Shown here: piece by piece, positions 1 to 8,065 of the stretch | How positions within the stretch are numbered: position 1 is the stretch's first letter | Layout: each line of letters begins with the position of its first letter | Source: a virus | Taxonomy: Duplodnaviria > Caudoviricetes | Strand: one strand, 5' to 3' | DNA: 30,802 bases | Virus record (IMG/VR): IMGVR_UViG_3300038336_000145 | Span: 1 to 30,802 of that record | Translations under genes and position numbers: made by a program | The notes under the pieces: model-generated | Database searches by the model: none | Told to the model about the DNA's origin: nothing | What the model saw: the letters and a program-made list of their open reading frames with translations, nothing else

Positions 1-543
1 TCACTTCAGCGGCAATACCAGGTTGTGGTCAGTTGCCCCTGGGATCACCTTATCCATGAATAGCTCCTGGCAAGACGCCTTCCAAATGGTAAGCGTGCTG
101 CCATCATCCGAGATGCACAGCCAGCAGTTGTGCCCCCATGACCGGTACTCAGCGGGGAAATGACCAGGCTCCTCCGTCACTTTGAATTTCAGCGCAGTCG
201 AGCACTCAGGAAACTGCTCGACGCCTTTGAATTCCAGAGAGGACCAGTATTTTGTCAGGCCTGGACATTGCGCAAGGATGCGCGGCCATGCGGCCTGAAT
301 GCGCGCCGAGTCCTGAGGTGTAACGTCTGACATTGCAGGCAGCGGTGGTGATTTCTTGCTCTGCCCGCCAGAGGTGTTCCAAGCCACTACCCCGGTGATG
401 AGCGCGAACAAAACAAAAAAGACCTTCAGGAATGCGAGATTCCTTCGGGTCAGTGTTGCTTTGTTCTGAGTGAGAAGCTCCGGCTTGGTCATCGCGATGA
501 CGAGGCCGAGAACTCCAAGGACAGGGAACAGCCAACTGGTCAT
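1..543 (-). CDS. Hypothetical membrane protein, 180 aa (two N-terminal hydrophobic segments, Cys-containing soluble domain), coupled to the repressor gene
   Basis: ATG (541-543, minus strand) overlaps the repressor stop in an ATGA overlap; hydrophobic stretches WLFPVLGVLGLVIAM and LAFLKVFFVLFALITGVVAW. Confidence 0.75.
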   Translation of the reverse strand: MTSWLFPVLGVLGLVIAMTKPELLTQNKATLTRRNLAFLKVFFVLFALITGVVAWNTSGGQSKKSPPLPAMSDVTPQDSARIQAAWPRILAQCPGLTKYWSSLEFKGVEQFPECSTALKFKVTEEPGHFPAEYRSWGHNCWLCISDDGSTLTIWKASCQELFMDKVIPGATDHNLVLPLK

Positions 544-1214
544 TTCGCTTCCCTACACCACCAGATTACCTTGCCCAGAATGGCCACGCCGTCGACCAGG
601 TCGCCGCGCAGATCCACCTTCATGGGCTCGTAGGCCGCGTTGATGCTCTTGAGCACCAGGCCCTCTGGCAGCGCATCGACCACCTTCAGGTAAATCAGCT
701 CACCGACGCGGACGGCGTACATAGTCCCAGGCCTCGGCTCACACTGGCTCTGGTCGATCAACACGGTGTCGCCGTGCTTGATCTCCGGCTCCATTGAGTC
801 CCCGGAGACATGCATGAGCACCATCTGCGCGGGGCTGCCCTTGCGGCTCAGGAAGTCCGAGCGGAAGGCGTACAGGCGCTCACTGCCCACCTCGGTCTGA
901 AAGCTGCCGGTCCCCGCAGAAATCCTTGCCTCCACCATGGGCACGAACATCAGGTCCACATCGCACACGGTCTGCTTTGCTGCGGCAGAGAGCTGGACAC
1001 ATGCGGATGCATGCATGGGGCCGACGCCACGCAGCACCCATTCGGGTGCAATACCAAGTTCAGAGACCAGCCGCTGGACAAAGTCCAGGTCCGGCGTCCG
1101 GTCTCCACTCTCCCAACGGGCGAGAGTGTTGCGGTGCACGCCAAATCTGGCCGCAAACGCCTCTTGTGACTCATCCTTGCGGATGGCTTTAAGCCGGTAT
1201 CCGATCTCTGACAT
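540..1214 (-). CDS. Phage repressor, XRE-type HTH plus S24 (LexA/CI-type) autopeptidase domain, 224 aa
   Basis: HTH SQEAFAARFGVHRNTLARWESG; Ala-Gly cleavage site ISAGTG; catalytic Ser in GDSMEP and Lys in YLKVV; divergent from the early operon; start trimmed from 1331 to MSEIG at 1214. Confidence 0.93.
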   Translation of the reverse strand: MSEIGYRLKAIRKDESQEAFAARFGVHRNTLARWESGDRTPDLDFVQRLVSELGIAPEWVLRGVGPMHASACVQLSAAAKQTVCDVDLMFVPMVEARISAGTGSFQTEVGSERLYAFRSDFLSRKGSPAQMVLMHVSGDSMEPEIKHGDTVLIDQSQCEPRPGTMYAVRVGELIYLKVVDALPEGLVLKSINAAYEPMKVDLRGDLVDGVAILGKVIWWCREAK

Positions 1215-1390
1215 GGCGCCAAACTTCCAGGGTAGAACTTTCGCACGAACCTTTTCGCACCGGGCGAAGGGGGGAACACGTGCAACAACTTGAAAGCATT
1301 GAAAGTCTGCCCTGCATATTTTTGTGTGCATATTTTTCTAGTTTTGCACACAAACGAGTTGACTTTGCACCCTTACGGATGCAAATAAAG
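1215..1390. promoter_or_regulatory. Divergent lysis/lysogeny switch region with candidate operators TGCA-N10-TGCA
   Basis: AT-rich spacer; TTTGCA-N10-TGCAAA at 1364-1385, TGCA-N10-TGCA at 1313-1330, TGCA-N10-AGCA at 1281-1298; TTGACT (-35-like) at 1359-1364. Confidence 0.6.
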
Positions 1391-1393
1391 ACC

Positions 1394-1489
1394 TGCGGGC
1401 AGTAGACAAGAAAACATTCCAAGTCGTCTCTACCAGCCCGCATAGCCAGGGTCAACGTCCGGCGAGATTTCGAGATTGGACGTTGGCCC
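1394..1489 (+). other. Two-hairpin structured 5' leader of the early operon
   Basis: TGCGGGC 1394-1400 pairs with GCCCGCA 1436-1442, with inner GTAGAC/GTCTCTAC pairing; GGGTCAACGTCC 1449-1460 pairs with GGACGTTGGCCC 1478-1489. Confidence 0.55.
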
Positions 1490-1513
1490 CCAACCCGAGC
1501 GGACGGTAAGGCG

Positions 1514-1939
1514 ATGCAGCAACACTCCCTCTTCAAGGATGACCACGGAGCCCTGGCCGGGCTGGTGCCTGCAATGCGGGCGGCCATGAACCGCGCCGCC
1601 GGTGCGGACACAGCAGGCCGCGCGCTCCTGGTGGACCGCATCAACGACATCGCCCGGCAAGCGGGCCTGCGGCTCACCACGGGCAACGCCCAATCCATCA
1701 GCAAGGACACCCTGGACAAGTGGCTGGCCCCTTCGGACCGCGACCACACGCCCTCGCTCCTCGCCGTGGTGGTGTTCTGCGCCGCCACAGGCGATTCCGC
1801 CCCGCTCCAGATGATGCTCCGCGCCCTGGGCCTGGACGTGATGACCGCCGAGGACCGCATGCTCCGCGACTACGGCAAGGCCTGCAAAACCGTTCGTGAA
1901 GCAAGTCGGCGCAAGAAGATGCTGGAGGTGTCCATATGA
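1514..1939 (+). CDS. Phage regulatory protein, CII-like, 141 aa
   Basis: First early-operon gene; ISKDTLDKWLAPSDRDHTPSLLAVVVFCAATGD resembles CII-like phage regulators; ATGA overlap with the next gene. Confidence 0.6.
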   Translation: MQQHSLFKDDHGALAGLVPAMRAAMNRAAGADTAGRALLVDRINDIARQAGLRLTTGNAQSISKDTLDKWLAPSDRDHTPSLLAVVVFCAATGDSAPLQMMLRALGLDVMTAEDRMLRDYGKACKTVREASRRKKMLEVSI

Positions 1940-2193
1940 CCTCGCGGCGTCTGGAGTGCGGTCTGGCGCGCAACCGCGTACGCCGCCGCATTCAGGAGCA
2001 TCTGGACCGCCTGGGCAAGAGCATGGCGGACGTGAGCCGGGAGATCGGCATCTCGCGCCAGCTGGTCGCGGCCACGGTCGCCGGGGAAAAGCACAACGGG
2101 CGCGTGCTGACCAAGCTCCGTGAGCTGGGCGTTCCCGAACGCTACCTGTTCGACCCGACCCTGTGCGAGCAGAAGCAGGAGGAGGCAGCATAA
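1936..2193 (+). CDS. Ner/Cro-like HTH DNA-binding protein, 85 aa
   Basis: HTH SMADVSREIGISRQLVAATVAG; directly upstream of the transposase, as Mu ner is. Confidence 0.75.
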   Translation: MTSRRLECGLARNRVRRRIQEHLDRLGKSMADVSREIGISRQLVAATVAGEKHNGRVLTKLRELGVPERYLFDPTLCEQKQEEAA

Positions 2194-4355
2194 TGAACGG
2201 CTGCACTGCTTCCCAGCTTGCGGACGCCCTTGGCTGCACCATCTCCACCCTGCACCGCAGGGCCAACGCGGAGAGCTGGCCCTTTGAGGCCAAGCCCGGA
2301 CGCGGCGGCGGCAAGCTCTTCCCCCTGACCACCTTGCCGGATGATATCCGCCTGGCCCTGGCCAGCACCGCCACCACCGCCACAAATCACGAGGCCGCCA
2401 CGCTGAAGCTGCGCCAGGAACTGGCCACGCGGGCCGCCGAGGGTTCGCGCCAAGGCGCGCTCTCCGCCTTCGCCGCCCTGCCCGAGCCGCGCAAGCGCCG
2501 GGCCGAGGCGCGGGCGCTCATCGCCAGGCTGTGCACAGATTTCCTGACCACTTCCGGCCTGCCGCGCCGCCGTGGCACAGAGCTGTTCGCCAGCGACTAC
2601 AACACCGGCCGCATCAGCACGCCGGACTGGACGCGCGAGCAGGTGCCCAGCCTCTGCGCGGGCAGCATCCACAACTGGCAGAAGGCCCTGGACCGCGAGG
2701 GTCTGGCCCGACTGGCCGGGAACCACGGCCTCCACCGCCTGGGCACCGGCAAGATCGACGGCAACCCGGAGCTGTCCGGGTTCTGCCTGGGCATGCTCAA
2801 GACCTACCCGCACAGCCACGCCACGCACCTGCTGGAGGCCATGCGCGCCCGCTTCGGCGAAGACAAGCTGCCCACCCTGCGCGCCGTGCAGCGCTGGCTG
2901 GCTGGATGGAAGTCCCGCAACGCCCAGCTGTTCACCGCCGTGAAGAACCCGGACGCCTGGCGCAGCAAGTACATGGCCGCCGGGGGCGACGCCCTGGGCG
3001 TCCTGCGCCTGAACCAGCGCTGGGAAATGGACTCCACCAAGGGGGACATGCTGCTTTCCGACGGCACGCGCCACGTCATCGTAGGCTGCATCGACGTGTA
3101 TTCCAGGCGGTTAACGCTGCATGTCTCGCGCTCCAGCTCGTCGGCCGCCGTGGCCGCCACCCTGCGCAAGTCGCTCCTGGCCTGGGGCGTGCCCGAGGAA
3201 GTGAAGACCGACAACGGCTCGGACTACGTGAGCCGCCATATGACCAGCCTGTTCCTGGGCCTGAACATCCGCCAAACCCTGTGCGCACCCTTCCAGCCGC
3301 AACAGAAACCCTACATCGAGCGCGTCTTCGGCACCTTCTGCCGCGACCTGGTGGAGCTGCTCGCGGGCTTTGTGGGCCACAGCGTGGCCGAGCGCAAGGA
3401 CATCGAGGCCCGCCGGAGCTTCTCCCAGCGGCTGATGAAGCAAGGCGAGGAAGCCCTGGAACTGCGCATGACGCCAGGCGAGCTGCAAGACTTCTGCGAC
3501 CGCTGGACCGAGGACGTGTATGCCCGCAAGCCTCATTCCAGCCTGTCCGGCAAGAGCCCCTGGCAGATGGCCGCCGAGTGGCCGCACCCGGTGCAGCGCA
3601 TTCAGGATGAACGCGCGCTCGACGTGCTGCTGTTGCCCGCTCCGGGTGAAGGCACCCGCCGCGTGACCAAGAAGGGCATCCGCCTGGACGGCGGCCTGTA
3701 TGACCACGCGGCCTTGGGCGGCATGGAAGGCCGCGACGTGCTGGTTCGGCTCGACGAGGGTGACGTGGGCGCCATCTACGTGTTCGACCTGGACGGCCCG
3801 TTCCTCTGCCGGGCGCTCTGCCCGGAGATCGCGGGCGTCTCCCGCCGCGACGTGGCCCTGGCCCGCAAGCGCAGGCAACAGGTCGTGATCAACGAGGGCA
3901 AGGCCATGCTGCGCCAGGCCGCACGCAAGGCCAACGTCAAGGACATCGCCCAGGAGATCCTGGCCGACGCGCGCGCCGAGGCCGCCAAGGTGCAGGCCCT
4001 GCCGCGCCAGGCCGAGGCCTGGGATACCCCGGCCCTGACCGAGGCTGGGATTGCCGCCCGCGTCACGGACGCCCCCGCCTCCCTGCCGCAGGAGCAGGAG
4101 GACCGCCTGAACGCGCAGACCGACGCCCTAGCGGCGGAAATGTCTGCCGTACGGCCCGTGCCGGAGACCATGGAGGTGCGCTACGCCCGCGCCCTGCGCC
4201 TGGAGAAGACCCTGGCCTGCGGGCTGGCCGTGGACCCCGACGCCCTGCGCTGGCTGCACGGCTACCAGAACACCCCGGAATACCTGGGCTGCCGCAATGT
4301 CTACGAGGAATTTGGCGACGAGTGGCTGCCGCAGGCGGCGGGCGCTGGTCTGTAA
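2193..4355 (+). CDS. MuA-type DDE transposase, 720 aa
   Basis: N-terminal Mu-type DNA-binding domain (TASQLADALG..LHRRANAESW..GRGGG); DDE triad in WEMDST, KTDNGSDY, KPYIERVF; GGAGG RBS and TAATG overlap at 2191-2195. Confidence 0.96.
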   Translation: MNGCTASQLADALGCTISTLHRRANAESWPFEAKPGRGGGKLFPLTTLPDDIRLALASTATTATNHEAATLKLRQELATRAAEGSRQGALSAFAALPEPRKRRAEARALIARLCTDFLTTSGLPRRRGTELFASDYNTGRISTPDWTREQVPSLCAGSIHNWQKALDREGLARLAGNHGLHRLGTGKIDGNPELSGFCLGMLKTYPHSHATHLLEAMRARFGEDKLPTLRAVQRWLAGWKSRNAQLFTAVKNPDAWRSKYMAAGGDALGVLRLNQRWEMDSTKGDMLLSDGTRHVIVGCIDVYSRRLTLHVSRSSSSAAVAATLRKSLLAWGVPEEVKTDNGSDYVSRHMTSLFLGLNIRQTLCAPFQPQQKPYIERVFGTFCRDLVELLAGFVGHSVAERKDIEARRSFSQRLMKQGEEALELRMTPGELQDFCDRWTEDVYARKPHSSLSGKSPWQMAAEWPHPVQRIQDERALDVLLLPAPGEGTRRVTKKGIRLDGGLYDHAALGGMEGRDVLVRLDEGDVGAIYVFDLDGPFLCRALCPEIAGVSRRDVALARKRRQQVVINEGKAMLRQAARKANVKDIAQEILADARAEAAKVQALPRQAEAWDTPALTEAGIAARVTDAPASLPQEQEDRLNAQTDALAAEMSAVRPVPETMEVRYARALRLEKTLACGLAVDPDALRWLHGYQNTPEYLGCRNVYEEFGDEWLPQAAGAGL

Positions 4356-4431
4356 ACGGCGCGGCTCCGCCCGGCGTTGGCGCGCCAGGCAGGGCCTTGG
4401 GACAAGGATGATGAATCAAACGGAGGGAACG

Positions 4432-5217
4432 ATGACGAAGCAGAGCGGACAAGCAGGCGGCCAGAACAACAGCCAGAGCTTTGGCGCGGGAGCATCAGGC
4501 ACCATCGCGCCCCTGCGCAACGTGGTGCTGTTCTCCGGCCTGGTGGAGCGCGTCATGGGGCGGCCCTACGGTCTGCCGGGCATGGCCACCTTCCATGGCC
4601 GCAGCGGCCTGGGCAAGACCTTTGCGGCCATCTTCGCAGCCAACAAGCACCGCGCCTACCACATCCAAATCAAGAGCGTGTGGACGCGCAAACACATGCT
4701 GGGCAGCATCCTGGCCGAAATGGGCATCCGCCCGGCGGGCACCATTCCGCAGATGATGGACCAAGTGGGCGAGCAGCTCTCGCTCTCCGGCCGCCCGCTG
4801 ATCGTTGACGAGGCCGACCACCTGCTAGCCAAGGGCATGATCGAGGTGGTGCGCGACATCTACGAATCCAGCCAGGCCGCCATCATCCTCATCGGCGAGG
4901 AGGGCCTGCCGCAGAACCTGGCCCGGTTCGAGCGCGTGCATGGCCGCATGCTCGACTGGCAGGCCGCCCAGCCCGCCTGCGAGTCCGACGCCCGCGTGCT
5001 GGCCCGGCTGTACTGCCCCACAGCCACCGTGGGGACGGACCTGCTGGCCCGGCTGCTGGAGGCAAGCGGCGGCAGCGTGCGGCGCATCTGCGTGAACCTG
5101 GACCGTGTGCGCGAGTTCGCGGCGGCGGGCGGCCTGGAGGAGATCGGCCTGGCCGAGTACCAGGGCGAGATCTTCACCGGCAGCCCGGCGGGGGTGCCCC
5201 TGCGGAGGTGCGCATGA
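4432..5217 (+). CDS. MuB-type AAA+ ATPase (transposition protein B)
   Basis: Walker A GRSGLGKT, Walker B LIVDEAD; follows the transposase; GGAGG at 4422-4426 supports the start at 4432. Confidence 0.93.
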   Translation: MTKQSGQAGGQNNSQSFGAGASGTIAPLRNVVLFSGLVERVMGRPYGLPGMATFHGRSGLGKTFAAIFAANKHRAYHIQIKSVWTRKHMLGSILAEMGIRPAGTIPQMMDQVGEQLSLSGRPLIVDEADHLLAKGMIEVVRDIYESSQAAIILIGEEGLPQNLARFERVHGRMLDWQAAQPACESDARVLARLYCPTATVGTDLLARLLEASGGSVRRICVNLDRVREFAAAGGLEEIGLAEYQGEIFTGSPAGVPLRRCA

Positions 5218-5822
5218 GCCGCACGGGCCGCAAGGGCGTCATCGAACTGGCCGCCAAGGGCGGGGCCTATGGCCGCCAGGCCATGTGGGAGGCCATGCGA
5301 TCCTTACGCCGATTCACCCTGGCCGACCTGGACCACCTGAACGTGGAGCGCGACACCATCAAAACCTACGTCCGCAGCTTGGTGCAGGGCGGCTACCTGA
5401 ACACGGAGCGCCAGGCCAGCACCGGCGGGCGCTATGCCCCTGCCGCATACGAACTGGTGCGGGATGTCGGCCTGGAGGCTCCCAGGGTGCGCCGCAACGG
5501 CACCCCGGTCCTCCAAGGCCAGGCGCGCGAACAGATGTGGCGGGCCATGAAGATGCTGGGCCAGTTCACCCCGCGCGACCTGTCCGTCACCGCCAGCACC
5601 GAGGCTGTGGCCGTGAACGAGGAGGACGCCAAGAGCTACGTGAAGCACCTCTTCGCCGCCGGGTACCTGGCCGTGCTGCGGCCTGGCAAGCCGCCCCGCA
5701 CGCAAGGCCTGTACCGCCTGGCCAAGAACACCGGCCCCCTGCCGCCCATGGTGACGCGGGCCAAGGTGGTCTTTGACCCCAACCTGGGCCGTATCGCCTG
5801 GCACGCGGAGATCGACGCATGA
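5214..5822 (+). CDS. Mu-like early protein with two winged-helix-like halves, 202 aa
   Basis: Internal duplication (RQAMWEAMRSLRRFTLADL..TIKTYVRSLVQGGYL / REQMWRAMKMLGQFTPRDL..DAKSYVKHLFAAGYL); ATGA overlaps at both ends. Confidence 0.75.
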   Translation: MSRTGRKGVIELAAKGGAYGRQAMWEAMRSLRRFTLADLDHLNVERDTIKTYVRSLVQGGYLNTERQASTGGRYAPAAYELVRDVGLEAPRVRRNGTPVLQGQAREQMWRAMKMLGQFTPRDLSVTASTEAVAVNEEDAKSYVKHLFAAGYLAVLRPGKPPRTQGLYRLAKNTGPLPPMVTRAKVVFDPNLGRIAWHAEIDA

Positions 5823-6229
5823 GCCCACACTCAAAGCGCAAAGCCGTTGATACCGCCCGCGCCGCCTGGGCCGATCTGGGCGGCTGCCCGGACTGGATCA
5901 TCGCTCTGGCCGAGGAATGCGACCGCACCAGCCAGCGCCAGGTGGCGGGCCGCATCGGCTACAGCGCGGGCGCGGTGAACCAGGTGCTGGCCAACAAGTA
6001 CAAGGCCCCCACCGACCGCATCGAGCAGGCCGTGCGCGGGGCGTACCTCTCCGCCGTGGTCAATTGCCCGGCCTCGGGTGAGATCGCGGCGGACCGCTGC
6101 CTGGAGATCCAGAGGCAGCCTTGGGCAGCCACCAACCCCCAGCGCGTGCGGCTGTTCACCGCCTGCCGCAGCGGCTGCCCCCACAGCAGAATCAACCCCA
6201 AGCCCGGAAATGAGGAGGACGCATGTTAG
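5819..6229 (+). CDS. XRE-like HTH regulator with Cys-rich C-terminus, 136 aa
   Basis: HTH SQRQVAGRIGYSAGAVNQVLANKY; C-terminal Cys residues (VNCP, DRC, ACRSGCPH). Confidence 0.75.
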   Translation: MSPHSKRKAVDTARAAWADLGGCPDWIIALAEECDRTSQRQVAGRIGYSAGAVNQVLANKYKAPTDRIEQAVRGAYLSAVVNCPASGEIAADRCLEIQRQPWAATNPQRVRLFTACRSGCPHSRINPKPGNEEDAC

Positions 6230-6411
6230 CCAACAAGATCGAGAGCTCTGTGAATCGCCTGCGCGAACTGGCTGGCTTCATCCCCGAGGAGCAATGGGAG
6301 ATCGCCAGCCGCGTTGTCGCCGTGCTCGACGAATGCGCGGCTATCGCCCGCAACCTGGAGGCGGCGGCCCTGCCCATCACCGCCCCTGTCACCGCAACCC
6401 TTGAGCAATAA
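6223..6411 (+). CDS. Hypothetical protein, 62 aa
   Basis: GAGGAGG RBS before the ATG; fills the gap between neighbouring genes. Confidence 0.65.
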   Translation: MLANKIESSVNRLRELAGFIPEEQWEIASRVVAVLDECAAIARNLEAAALPITAPVTATLEQ

Positions 6412-6422
6412 GGAGAACGCAC

Positions 6423-6938
6423 ATGGCACCGAGAACCAAGCCCCAGCCCCTCATCATCAATGACTTGGCCCAGGCCGACGAGGCCCTGCGCCAGCTGGCC
6501 GAGATCGCCCGCGAACAGGCTGCCATCGAGTCCGGCCTGAACGAGCAGATCGACTCCCTCAAGGCCGCCGCCAAGCTCCAGCAAGAGCCCCTTGTCGCCG
6601 CGCGCAAGCGCCTGGAGGACGCCCTGGGCACCTTCGGCCTGACCCGCAAGGACGAGCTGTTCAGCGAGCGCAAGCGCAGCGTGGAACTGAACTTCGGCGT
6701 CATCGGCTTCCGCAAGGCCACCAGCTTGCGCACCCTGGCAAAAACCACCTGGGCCATGGTGCTCAAACGCATCCAGGACCTGGGCTTTACGGAGGGCCTG
6801 CGCACCAAGGTGGAGGTGGACAAGGACGCCCTGCGCGGTTGGCCGGACAATCGGCTGGAAACCATCGGCGTGCGCCGCGAGGCAGCGGACGAGTTCTACC
6901 TGGAGCTGAAACAGGAGGAGATCAGCAAGGCCGCCTGA
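6423..6938 (+). CDS. gam: Host-nuclease inhibitor Gam (Mu Gam family)
   Basis: Coiled-coil N-terminus, KRSVELNFGVIGFRK and LRTKVEVDKDAL motifs; AAGGAG RBS; Mu synteny. Confidence 0.92.
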   Translation: MAPRTKPQPLIINDLAQADEALRQLAEIAREQAAIESGLNEQIDSLKAAAKLQQEPLVAARKRLEDALGTFGLTRKDELFSERKRSVELNFGVIGFRKATSLRTLAKTTWAMVLKRIQDLGFTEGLRTKVEVDKDALRGWPDNRLETIGVRREAADEFYLELKQEEISKAA

Positions 6939-6944
6939 CCCCAC

Positions 6945-7025
6945 GCGAAACCGCCCCCGCCCTCTTCATAAGAAGGGCGGGGTGCGGTCGTCCAGGCGTG
7001 GCGGCCTGGGCCTGACGAGCAGCCG
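6945..7025 (+). ncRNA. Type II hammerhead ribozyme
   Basis: GC-GAAA 6945-6950, stem III 6950-6988, GUC cleavage triplet 6987-6989, 8-bp stem I 6990-6997/7004-7011 with loop GUGGCG, CUGACGA 7012-7018, GC 7019-7020 closing stem II, 3' GCC 7022-7024 complementary to loop I GGC. Confidence 0.9.
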
Positions 7026-7040
7026 TTTAATGGAGACCAC

Positions 7041-7553
7041 ATGAGTTTCGACACCCGCAAGTCCCTGCTGGCCAAGGTGCACATTGCCAAGGCCCAGCTC
7101 CAGCTGACCGACGACGCCTACCGCGCCGTCCTGGCCCGTCACGGCGTGGAGTCCTCCAAGGAGCTGGACACGAAGGGCCTGGAGAAGCTGCTCGACCATT
7201 TCGCCAAGCTGGGCTGGCAGGCCAAGGCCGCCCGCACGCGCAAGGGCGACAAGCACGGCGCACCGGCCAATCTGGGCCGGGGGCTCGGCAAGGGCAACGC
7301 CAAACCCTATGACCGCTCGGCGCTCATGACCAAGATCGAGGCCCTGCTGGCCGAGAAAGGCACGGAACAGGGCAAGCACGTGCCCTGGGACTACGCCAAG
7401 GCCATCCTCAAGCGCATGTACAAGCTCGACCGCCTGGAGTGGGCCACGCCCGAGCAACTGCGCGGCGTCATGGTGGCGCTGATGCAGGGCGGCAGGCGCA
7501 AACGGCGGATCATGCCGCCCGTGCCGGAGGAAGCGAACCATGCCGCGCCCTGA
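7041..7553 (+). CDS. gemA: GemA-family regulatory protein (Mu gp16 / DUF1018)
   Basis: RKSLLAKVHIAKAQLQLTDDAYRAVL..SSKEL..LEKLLDHFAKLGW N-terminus; KIEALL..W.YA..I.KRMY..DRLEW C-terminus. Confidence 0.9.
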   Translation: MSFDTRKSLLAKVHIAKAQLQLTDDAYRAVLARHGVESSKELDTKGLEKLLDHFAKLGWQAKAARTRKGDKHGAPANLGRGLGKGNAKPYDRSALMTKIEALLAEKGTEQGKHVPWDYAKAILKRMYKLDRLEWATPEQLRGVMVALMQGGRRKRRIMPPVPEEANHAAP

Positions 7554-7989
7554 CCTACAGACAGACACGCCCGTGCACACAATCCCGGACTACGTGCTGG
7601 CCCAGCTGCCCGGCGTGCTGGCCCAGGTGGCCCAGGCCGCAGGGGTCAAGGCCGCGTGGCAGTTGGCCAAGGAACGCGGCGGCGGCCGGGCCTACATCCC
7701 CACGCCCGAGGCACTGCACGACAGGCACTGGCTGGTGCAGGCCTGCGGTCTGGAGGCGGCAAAGGCCATCGCGGGCGCCCTGGGCAGCGGCGAGGTGGAA
7801 GTGCCCCTTGGCCCCTTCACCGGCAACCGCGCCCAGGTCTGGGCGGCCATTGAACGCGGGTTGAACGCGGGCTTGTCCGTGGAGCAGGCCGCGCGCCAAG
7901 TGGGGGTGACGGCCAGGACGGTGCGGAGGCATAAAAGTGGGGTGACGGCGGGAGAAAATGGGGGGTGGTGTAAGCTGCCAGGTGTGTAA
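7540..7989 (+). CDS. Mor/C-family transcription activator, 149 aa
   Basis: LPGVLAQVAQAAGVKAAWQLAKERGGGRAYIP (Mor-type dimerisation region) and C-terminal HTH SVEQAARQVGVTARTVRR; follows gemA. Confidence 0.8.
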   Translation: MPRPDLQTDTPVHTIPDYVLAQLPGVLAQVAQAAGVKAAWQLAKERGGGRAYIPTPEALHDRHWLVQACGLEAAKAIAGALGSGEVEVPLGPFTGNRAQVWAAIERGLNAGLSVEQAARQVGVTARTVRRHKSGVTAGENGGWCKLPGV

Positions 7990-8065
7990 TATCACTTGTC
8001 TGACAAAGCCTTTTTGAGATACGGGGTGCATATTCCGGTGCCGATATTCAATCAGCGGGGGGGAT

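Noticed and set aside
7993-8006. Third copy of the late-promoter motif (CACTTGTC) and a TTGTC-T-GACAA dyad
   Set aside because: Only an 8-bp core matches; the flanks differ from the 22-bp motif.
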